From positions 218,247,741 to 218,311,740 of the forward strand of contig CM041465.1 in assembly GCA_023213395.1 (NCBI GenBank): DNA of 64,000 nt, given 5' to 3'. Each line of letters opens with the position of its first letter. The stretch's first letter is position 1. The stretch comes from Cycas panzhihuaensis (taxonomy: Eukaryota > Plantae > Cycadophyta). Positions 53,879-64,000 of the stretch are shown here, piece after piece. The position numbers and the translations under genes are program-made. The notes beneath the pieces are model-generated. The model was given only the letters and a program-made list of their open reading frames with translations. It was not told the DNA's origin and ran no database searches.

Positions 53879-56800
53879 TGTTGAAAAATAAAATAATAGA
53901 AAATTAATATTTGCAAAACAAAAATAAAACACCACTAAGATTGTAATGGTACCCTAAATTTCATTAACATCATTAAAATATAGTTATAATAGATATTTGA
54001 TATGATACATTAGATGTGTATTTATAATACATAATACAAAATACTAACATCCTAATGTTATAATTGCACACAAATGTACATTACTATTGAGCATTAGGAA
54101 CCATGAATCAAGTTATTCCAACACTCCCCCTTAATACACATTTGGGCCATTTGAATTTGCAATGCCTTATCCTTAGAAATATCTTAAAGGTGATGTCTTT
54201 GACTAGATCTTTATATTCAATCTTGTAATGATATCTTTGTTATAAGATGATGTCTTTAGCTCGATTTTCATCTTCAATCTTGTAGTGATATCTTTATTAT
54301 AGTAGATCTAGCAAGTGAAAATCTTGATTCTTTATCATAGTTGGTCCAATCTAATTTTGATATAGATCCTATAAGTAACCATCTTGACAAATATCAAGTA
54401 TATTTTCAAATGCAACATGTTTATCATTGGAATTATCTATAGAATAAACATAAATATCTTATATAAATTCTTCTTCAACATATCCAATATTTTCTTCAAC
54501 CTTTGGAGTGTAATCTTTATCAGCTTATAAATTCTTTGAACTTGAATTAATACTCAAAAAATAAACATCATTTAAACTTGAATCAATAGATAGAAATAAA
54601 TCACTAAACTCATATTCAGTAGGACCATCATATTTATATTCAATTTCCTTTGAAATAACAATGTTATCTAAACAAACTTCTATCAATTCATTGCTCTCAA
54701 CATCTTCAATAGTAGTTGCAACCTCATCAATTCATTCAACCATAATCTCTTTACATTTAGTAGAAATTTTATTAATACTCATAGATTCTTCATCTTAACA
54801 TATTGTTTCATCAGTGTTGATAATACTTTCTTTATTCATTTTACCCGTATCATAATCATCACTAATATTATTTACCTTTTTAATCATTTGTTGTACCTCT
54901 TTAGGAGTTTATTCAAATACATCCCTTAAAAAATCCCAAGCTTCCTTGGTAGTAATAGTATGATGAACCTTAGGAATGACAAAATGATATATTGAAGGAA
55001 GATCAACCTTATCTAATGCAATGAGAATCATGATAATTGCCTCTTTGTCTTTATTCTCAAGATTTTTCTTTTCTTCTTTGTCATTAGAGATATCATATCC
55101 ATTAGTAATAATTTTCTACAAACCTCTAGTTATGAATATACATCTTATTTCAATTGTCTAAGAGAAATAGTTTGCTCCATTATAGTTAGGTATTATAAGA
55201 CATAAATCCCTTAAGTAGTATTTATTTTTCTCATGAACATATATGACCATATCATTCTCCTTCGTGATTGTAAATGTTAACTTCTCAAGAATACATTACA
55301 TAGTTTCTTGAAACTAGAAAACAATCATACCTTAGTATCTCCAAACAACACATTCCTTTTACCAATCCATGAACACACTTAACATTGGTAACTTTCCCAT
55401 TAGGCAATCTCAACAAACTCTCTCATACTTCATGTCCCTCATGACACTAACTTCATCATAAAATAAATGCCTCATACATACCACATACATCTCATAAAGA
55501 TCATGCATGCCTTATGTTTCCATTAAATTGCCAAGACACATCACACTTCACTTAATTGCCTTAGTTCTCAAAATACGACTCATGCCACACACATCACCAT
55601 ACAACAAACTCATGCATATATCATTGTCAAGCAAGCCCCTTTTCGTAATGTATTACATGCCCTATCTTCTCAAATTTAGTATATCCTTCATACTTATCAA
55701 ATAAGCAACCAAAAAATCATCTCAAATGTATATAAGATGAGCTACATAACTTGATCAGCAAGATAATAGAAACCTTGTCCTTGATTTTAGGATCTCCTTC
55801 TACCTCTAAGTCTTTTATAGGACCCAAATATACAAATTATAATAAATTTCCTTAAAATGATTTACAAAACCCTTCTAGGGTTCAAAAAAATAATTGGTCT
55901 AGGGTTAAGGAATAGGCAAGAGAATGATGTAAAAGGTGCAAAAGAGAATTTTATCTGGTTACTACACAGGGATCTTGCACAAAGACCTAACTTTGGACTA
56001 AAATTTCTCTATGAAATAGCATCAAAATATGTCAAATCATATACCAAAATGACAAGATCTAAGTCAGGATTCTAACAATTTAGATGGTTCAAAAAATAGA
56101 CACCTAAAGCTTAAGATATTAAGGAAAACATATAGGTACCCTTTAATAAAAAATGAAATAAAAAATAAAAGGGAGATTTTGGGTTTAGCACCCTTCACTA
56201 CTTAGCTATTGGACATATGAGACCTACATATCACCATGAGGCTAAGGTGTAGGGGGCTACAAACTCTAAGCAAGATTTTAATTTAATTAAATCTATTTTT
56301 TACCATGAAAAAAAAAAATTTGAATCTATGTTATTCTAATTTTGTGTCTACAGACTTGAAATGAAATCTAATATAATTAAAGTTAACAAAAATATTCAAA
56401 AACATGTAATCCTAAGTCTAAAAAAATATGTCTCTGACTCTCTACATATGGATTTTTATTGGTAATAAAATAATTTGTTAGAGCTAAAAAAAGATCAACA
56501 ATAACATGATTTATAGAGACGATTTTGGTAATAGAGTTTACAAATGGATTATGATTATGACCAAGACAGATTTCGAAGGGTACTCAACTTTACATATTAA
56601 TGACATATCTCATGATGGTAATGTAATAGGTGTAGCTCAATACAAGCATAGATATTATAACATAGTATAACTTTGATGACTATTAAACACTAATCACCAA
56701 TGGAACTTCAGAGAAATAGAATCGAGTGGCCTATATCGACTACACTAATAATTTTTCCATAGTATGGACTAGATCCCTAAACCACAATATAATAAAATAC

Positions 56801-57561
56801 CAATGTGTTCCTTTAGATGAATGATAGATCCACAAGATATTAAATGATCACTCATAGTTGGAACAAAAGATCCTTCAAAATGGGCACAAGTTATATGGAA
56901 ATCATGTAGCATATGATAGTATGATATATCATAGTTCCATGATTATGTAATTGGGTAGTCTCTCTAAGCAAACAATCATTTTCAAAGAGTCTAAAAGGGT
57001 TTTTGAATAGAATGAAATGACTAAACCAAGAAGCCCCCCACATAAGCTACAAATAAAGTAGTAACTAAATGCTAGTAGGCAATAGATGGGTACAATAGAA
57101 CCTTAATTATTAACTATGGTTTCACCATAGTATAATTATAAACCCATGAATAGAGTCATGAACCAACTGACAACAAGCTCTACAGAGCCACCTTCTCCTC
57201 AATGATGAAAACCTACAATAAACAAAATTCTTCTAATGAATAATCCTATAATAATCACACTAGAGTCTCTACAAAACCTTATATAACCTTGAAGCTCTGA
57301 TACCATGTTGAAAAATAAAACAACAAAAAAATAATATTTAAAAAATAAAAAAAAAACACTGCTAGGATCATAACAGTACCTTTAATGTACCCTAAATTAC
57401 ATTAATACCATTCAAACATAGTTACAAAAGATATTTGATATGATATATTATATGTGTATTTATAATATATAATACAAAATATTGACATCCTAATGATAGA
57501 ATTACACACAAATATGCATTTCTATTGAGCCTTAGGAACCATGAACCAAGCTATTCCAATA
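53879..57561 (-). mobile_element. Non-autonomous gag-only (TR-GAG-like) element I, nested in E's RT
   Basis: ~250-bp LTRs 53879-54123 and 57306-57561; PBS gctctgatacca 57294-57305; PPT ctccccctt from 54124; TSD AACTT/ATCTT. Confidence 0.9.
54900..55200 (-). pseudogene. gag: Truncated copia gag of element I
   Basis: IPNYNGANYFS*TI...GL*KIITNGY...KDKEAIIMI...TTKEAWDFLRDVFE, followed by acidic low-complexity sequence. Confidence 0.8.
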
Positions 57562-58276
57562 ATCTTCACTATGGTTAAAAATTTAGAATGGATTGGTAAT
57601 TATATTTTCCTAATTGGTTTTATGCCTAGGAGTGTTGAAAGGTTGTGAGTGATGATGTTGGGGTCAATGCCTACCATGTCAGTATAATCCTAAGTAATGA
57701 TATCTCAAAAATATTAAAAATGCTCTTTATATTAGGTCACCTCCATAGGGATATATTCTACCCTCACTTTGATGGAATTTCCCTTAACAATGGGTATGTT
57801 AATGGTCTCACCCATGACTAGGATGTTTCCCTCTTTGAAATGAGGAGACCCTTGCTCAATAAGTGGGACTTAATTAGATTCCATTAGATTTGGATCTATA
57901 ACTGAAGAGCCAAGGGTAAGGCACTTCCATAATCCCATCTTGTGGTCATTTAGGAAGAAGTTAGGAGTGATTCTAGTGAGATTCTTAAGTGGTAATTCAT
58001 GATTTTTAAAGTAATTCATACCTTGAATGATTTTTATTCTTAATAGAATTTTAGAGGGAAGGCTCTATAAATAGAGATCCCCTTTTTTGAAGGTTGGAGA
58101 AGAGCTTTCCTTATGTCATAGCATCCTAGCCAAATGGGTATGGTTTTTGGAAACTTGAAAACTTTAGCTCATGGAGGATTTGAGGTTGAAGGTCCCTTAG
58201 TTTCTTAAGTAGCTTATGCCTAGGTTGTAGAAAACATATGGGAGGTATTAAGAATATAAATGAATTACTTTCCCTT

Positions 58277-59036
58277 TGTTAAATTAGCATCAATATCTAA
58301 ATCAATGTGGATACAATTAAATATACTTAAGAAAGTAAATCAAACATCAAATATCACGCCAAATATGCAATGCAAGTTTGTTATGGGTAAATTGGTTACA
58401 CCATGCATCTCCATTGTAGTAGAGCTTATACATGTAATATTTATCAATATGTATAAAGCATAGGGTGTAGGCTTAATTTATAAGCAAACCACCCTAAAAA
58501 TACAATAAAATTATTGGCTAACATATCAGTAAGGGAGGCTGACCTAACTAAACTTTACATTATAATTAAATTTACAATGAGTGGTCACACCTATATACAT
58601 GATTACAAATGTATACAAATTACAAGTAATGAAGGAGTCATTAGATGTTAACACCCTACTTTAATAACAACTTCATTACATCCAATGCCAAGGTCAGGAC
58701 AAAACCATTCAAACCTTAGTTTACTAAGTGATTTGATGAAGATGTCTATAACCTGGTCCTTACTTGGTTAGTAAATAAGATCTACTTCTCCATTTTGAAC
58801 ATGATCATAAATGAAGTGATGGTGGACCTCTATGTGCTTGGTTCTAGCATGGAAAACTAGATTCTTCATCATCTTCAACACATTTTAGTTGTTATAGTAG
58901 AGAATAATGGATATAGTCTATTGAAGTCTAAGCTCTATAAGAATCTTTTTGAGCCATATCAACTCTGTAGTGGCATGGACAACTACTTTGTATTCAACTT
59001 TAGTGGAGGAAAAAATAATATTTAGTTGCTTCTTAT
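58277..59036 (-). mobile_element. 3' end of copia element J (LTR 58277-58653 plus RNase H), interrupted by K
   Basis: TGTTAA...TTAACA termini, decayed PPT, KKQLNIIFSSTKVEYK...HARTKHIEVHHHFI. Confidence 0.8.
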
Positions 59037-62000
59037 TGTTGGAGTTAATGATCATCACCCCACTCCTACCTTTCACACAGGAGTGCACACCCCCCTCTGA
59101 CCAATTTACATATATGGGTTCTCACATGTGAAGGTAAGTGTAAGGTAAGGTTAAGTTGATTGGAGTTAAGTTATGTAATATTTTATTATTGTTTGAATTC
59201 TAGGGGTTGAAGAGTTTCCCTCCTCCCCCAAATTATATATTTGGAGGGGTGTATAACCCTGGTGCCTTTTAAACACTGCCTATATTGGAAATTTTCTATG
59301 TACTCTCTCAAAGATGGATTGAATACAAAGGCTTATGTGTTTATATAACAATGTTTTAACTATTTGATTATGCTCTACTCTGTCACCATCATTTTATAAT
59401 CCTTCATTTGGTATCAAAGCCATTTAGGCCCACATCTTCTCCTTCATTTGGTATCAGAGCATAGATTGCTAGCCTATTGAATTCTTTTTTTTAGAAGAAA
59501 GAAGATGCATTAGCATCTATAGCAGATCTACTCAGGTCAAGCCAAATATTGGTTATATTTATCTTCTATAAAGTTTTTTATCAGTTTATTATATTATTTC
59601 TCATTAAAGACTTGATTATTCTTGATTTATATTTATAAAATAATACATATTTTCTAAATCTGTATAAGAGCATAGCTACAATCAGTAAATATTCAAGATT
59701 TCATCACTCTACAAAGTTCTTATTAATAAAGTTTTATATTTTTTGTCAAATACTTGGCCATTTCTAGCATATTTTATCTATTTATTCAATATTTTTTTAG
59801 ATCTGTGTAGGAACATGGCTACAATTAGCAAATATTCAAGATTTTATCATTCTACGAAGTTTTATTAATAAGATTTACATATTTTATTAAATATTTAACC
59901 ATTTTTTAGTATATTTGTTCTATTTATTCAATATTTTTTTCTCAAATCTGTGCAATATTTTATGCATATTCAGGCTAACAAGCCTCTTGGAGAAGTTATA
60001 CTATAGATTTTATTATTTATTCACTATTTTTTTTAGATTTTGGTAGGCTACAGTGCATCTACGACCATATTGGTTTGATTATTTATATTAAAATTTAAAC
60101 CTTACATATTATAAAGTTTATTCGTTTAAATTTTTTTATATTATTTTTTTATTTCATGTTTTCCATTTTTGGCCAACTTGATCCCCTTGGTTTGGCAAGC
60201 CTATGCAACAGATCTAGCACTCAAAACCCTAGCAAGTGACCACTCATTGTGATCCTTACTAGGCTAGCAAGCTAGTGAAAGAAACAGTTCAAGATTTCGA
60301 TGATCAGACAGTAATATATTTCATCTAGATCGACTGCTACTCCAGTTTAGCCTCCATTTGGTCTGCAAGTTTGTTCTCAATGCACAGGCAATGGATCTCT
60401 GTGAACTTTTACAAGCACTTAGTCATGTAAGGCACCTTACTACCTGTCAAATCTTGCCTCATTTCTAACCTCCAAAGAGACTAAAACCCTAGTTTTTAAG
60501 GTTTTCTCATATTTTCTTGAAATATTTTTGAATTTTTTTTTATGCAATCGAGATTACTCTACTCTAACACCTGCTGTATACATATATTGACCTAGATTTA
60601 GAATCAAAGAGTTATTTTATCTTCATTGTTCATTGTTTCTTCTATCTGACCGTTGTTCTCATTTTTTCTCACATTATATATATATAAATCTTTTTTAATC
60701 ATCCAAACCCCTCGATCAGTCTAGTGGTTCATGCACCTCCTATCTACATCTTAGTTTATGAAGAAAATCGATATACTTGAGTCCATTTTACATCTCGGTT
60801 CCGCCGGATCCCGTCAAGCAGTTGTCACCGACGTCTTTTCTTATTTTAAAATACATTCCATTTATATTTACTATCATTCTTTATTGACTTTTGTGGCTAG
60901 ATCACTATGAAGGATAGATCTGCCTCCTGTCTATGCTTTATATTGATTGATCTAATTGTTCTTTGATCTGTTTACTCCATGGTTATACTGTACAAGTCAC
61001 GGCATTATTCATTCTTTTTATTTTTTATTTTTTATAAAGTTTTAAAAATTTTAATTAAATTGAATATTTTTTCAATTCTAAGTTTAAAGGGTATTAGCTC
61101 CCTTAAGCTTTAGCCCCTGGCCCCGTGACCCTCCACGTGACCTTTAGCCTATTACTAAAGGGGCTAACATAAAAGTTATATAGTTTTTTTATTTTTATTT
61201 ATTTATTTTCATTAAAACATAGGGTACGTAGCTAATTTTTACCATATCTCTTGACTGGAGTATCAGTTTCTGATGAAACCTATCTCGTTGGGTCTAAAAT
61301 TTTTTGAGGTATAATTTTGACTGGTCATTTGCCATATTCAAAACTAATTTAACCTACTTTCAATTAGATTAATGTTGATCATTTATTTTCAAAGCCTTTT
61401 TAAATTATTTTCACAAAATCTCTTATTTATCAAGTTATATTTTATCACTAGAAGATATTTTTTTACTCAGATCTATTCTCCAACAATCTATTTTTAGCAA
61501 ACTTCATCACTATTTACTCATTTTATTTTTTGGCATTTATTTTAATCATTATTTTAATTGATGAAAGTGATACTTTAGTGTTTTTTATCATATTTACATA
61601 AAGAGTACTACTTACATTTTTAGCTATATCTCCTCAATCGAAAATCAGATTTCCAAACTGTAAGATTTGTTGGAATCCTGATTCAGAGAACTACTGTTTG
61701 AAGGTATTTTTTGCTTGATTTGACTCAATATCTTATAAGTTTGAGTAGGTCAAAGTTGATATTATTTTTGCTCCTTATTTTCTTAACCATCTTGAGCTTC
61801 ATAGCTCAGAATTGAGTACTGTCTTATTTCAGTGAAAGATATTTTAGAGATCTATAATTTTAAGTTATTTTTATTACATTTTGAGTCTATTTTATAGGTT
61901 CTTTAAGCTATCAAAGTTGAGGTATATAAGAATTTCTAATTTATCATTATTGCACATTTGTTATACATTATTTCTTAAAGTTTTTAATTGAAAAGTAGAT

Positions 62001-62190
62001 TAATTAGCTCTCTATACTATATTTGATTATTTTACATTGTTATATAAGTTTTTTACTAGTATTTCATAATATTTTGATCCTTAAGCTCCTGTTAAGCCTC
62101 AAAAAGATGATTGCATCTTTGGTATATTAAAATCTTGACTTGTAAGAACCTGATCTCAAAACAGTTAGTTTCGTTGATTAGATATTTCAT
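59037..62190 (+). mobile_element. Element K, same family as D (5' LTR 59037-59406 plus leader), interrupted by L
   Basis: LTR is the reverse complement of D's LTRs; PBS at 59409 and 59449; 61020-62190 is colinear with the reverse complement of ~18570-19580. Confidence 0.9.
59658..59945. repeat. ~143-bp tandem duplication in K's leader
   Basis: Two copies of tctgt.tag.agcat.gctacaat.ag.aaatattcaagatttt...ctatttattcaatattttt; related repeats in D at ~21800-22270. Confidence 0.75.
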
Positions 62191-64000
62191 TGTGAAAGAA
62201 TGGGTAATATGCACAATGCTACAAGATCGAGAAATTAACAAATATAGGTATAATGAGACATTACACATGTACACATCATTTGACAGATGGAAAACCCCTT
62301 CTGGGGAAGAAAAACCACCTCACTAATCTAAAATTTTATTGATGTCAAAAATTATATATGAAACCTTAATGAAATACCCTCTACATACAATAAACCAACC
62401 TTTGAAATAGGCTTTAGACAACCTGCAATATTCTCATAATTAATTCCTAGAATCTAGGAGAGACTATTTGTAGTAAGAGAGGTTTGTTGAAATGGGTAGT
62501 TACGCATTTCAAAAACCTTCACATAATGATTAAATATTAACATAAACTTTCTAACATTAAACATTTAAATCACTTAAATTTATATTTACACATGTGACAT
62601 AAAGATAACATAGAGTAGTAATAATATAAAACTAACATTAATATTCCTAACATCCCCCTTTAACGTTAGCTTTTATATAATATAGAAAAATAAGGTCTTC
62701 ATCATGTTGATCCCCTTTTGATGGAGACTTCTTTTATTTTTAATAAATCTCGCATGTTTAGAAACTTGACTTTAGTCAAAAACTTAGTAAGTATATCAGA
62801 AACTTGTAGATATGTAGGACAATAAGACAAATGAACAATACTATCAGCAATAAGATTATAAATAAAATGCTGATACAATTCTATGTGTTTAGTTCTAAAA
62901 TGTACAACTAGATTTATAGCAATAGCAATAGCACCTTGATTATCAACTTTAAGTTCTATAGAAGAGTTAGGAGATAGACCAATTTCATTTAGGAGAGATT
63001 TGAGCCATAGTGCTTCTTTGCTTGCTTCAACGAGTGCTCGATATTCAACTTCAGTTGTTTATAGAGCTAGTGCCTGCAATTTTTTTACTAGACTAAGTGA
63101 TGGGTGAGGAATCTAGAAAAAATACATAACCTACTGTGGACTTATGGTCATTTGTGTCACCTACCCAATCTTAATCAGTATACCCTATTAAGGTTAGAGG
63201 CTTACTGCAAGAATTATAAGTTAGTCCATAAAAAATAGTATTTTGAAGATATGTAAGAATACGTTTAACAGCTTTCCAATATGATTCGTGTGGTTTTTAC
63301 ATATAACGTAAACATAAAGTAATAACATAAGATATATTAGAGCGAGTATGGATTAAATAAATAAGGATGCCAATAAGCTGCCTATATGATGTTAGATCAT
63401 ATAAGGGTATAGAATAATCAGTAAATAATTTTACTCCTAATTGTAGTGAATTAGAAATTGGTTTAGCATTTTCCATATTAAACTATTTGATTAGGTCTAA
63501 AATATATTTTAGTTAGAAAATAGTTATTTTTGAATCATACTAGTAAATTTGTAATCCAAGAAAATAATGTAGAAGACCTAGATCGGTTATTTCAAATTTA
63601 TTCATTAAAGTAGTCTTTAAGTGATGAATGTTGTTAGTTGAAGATCCAATGATGATGATATCATCAACATATAGGATTAAAATAGTAATATTTTTATTTT
63701 CACATTTGAAATAGAGATTTGGATTACTAATGCATCTAGTATATCTAATTTAAATTAGGTATTCATCAACTTTTGTGTACTAAGCCCAAGGAGCTTGTTT
63801 TAATCCATAAATTAATTTCTTTAGTTTACAAACTAAATTAGGATTGTCAATAAAACTAAGTGGTTGATTCATGTAGATCTCTTCTTTGAGATCACCATTC
63901 AAAAAAGTGCTCTTTACATCCATTTGATAGATTTCTCAGTTAAATTTAGCTGCTAAAGCAATAATTATTTTAGTAGTATTTATCTTTGCAACATGTGAAA
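62191..64000 (-). mobile_element. 3' part of copia element L (LTR 62191-62652, RNase H, RT), related to F
   Basis: PPT tcccccttt from 62653; RTKHIELYQHFI, LYVDDIII and [12 protein letters not shown] motifs; LTR shares a ggttttcc..gaagaaaa.ccacctc block with F's LTR. Confidence 0.9.

Larger units (their letters stand above)
39950..58276 (-). mobile_element. Old Ty3/gypsy element E (pol fragments), related to C and split by F and I; probably extends left through the PMD and repeat region
   Basis: RT start DYTDMVGIDPNIITH (57567-57710); RT DINNPYPKDIFSLP (~53400-53873); RH (~52900-53300); INT HDGIYRG and YYPQAN (52137-52760), resuming as LKKIMLTS*CNWH left of the AGAAT TSD. Confidence 0.8.

Overview
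AT-rich plant intergenic or heterochromatic window, made almost entirely of nested, decaying retrotransposons. Its style suggests a large seed-plant or gymnosperm genome (inference). I find no intact host gene. About eleven insertions resolve from LTR pairs, PBS/PPT sites and TSDs: (A) an old minus-strand Ty1/copia (gag 1-505, PBS 3049-3066) whose 5' LTR is split by (B) a young, near-complete copia (3115-11411, TSD AGCAT); (C) a long-LTR Tat/Ogre-like Ty3/gypsy (~12300-30874) containing (D) a gag-only copia-type element (17227-22813); and (E) a minus-strand gypsy related to C, with an antisense plant-mobile-domain remnant. E is interrupted by (F) a copia (40078-52131, TSD AGAAT) that itself holds (G) a deleted copia and (H) a 5'-truncated L1 LINE, by (I) a second gag-only element (53879-57561), and by a three-deep copia stack at 58277-64000. 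The main observation is that the copia-type elements share a 5' leader layout: PBS, a variable segment, a ~75-bp conserved inverted-repeat box (tRNA-like in the youngest element), a conserved module, then gag. In two elements the variable segment is a recognisable host gene in antisense: a non-specific lipid-transfer protein in A and a remorin in F. Sibling elements D and K carry unrelated segments at the same position. Alignments and translations outside the ORF track were done by eye, so boundaries of the oldest features are approximate.
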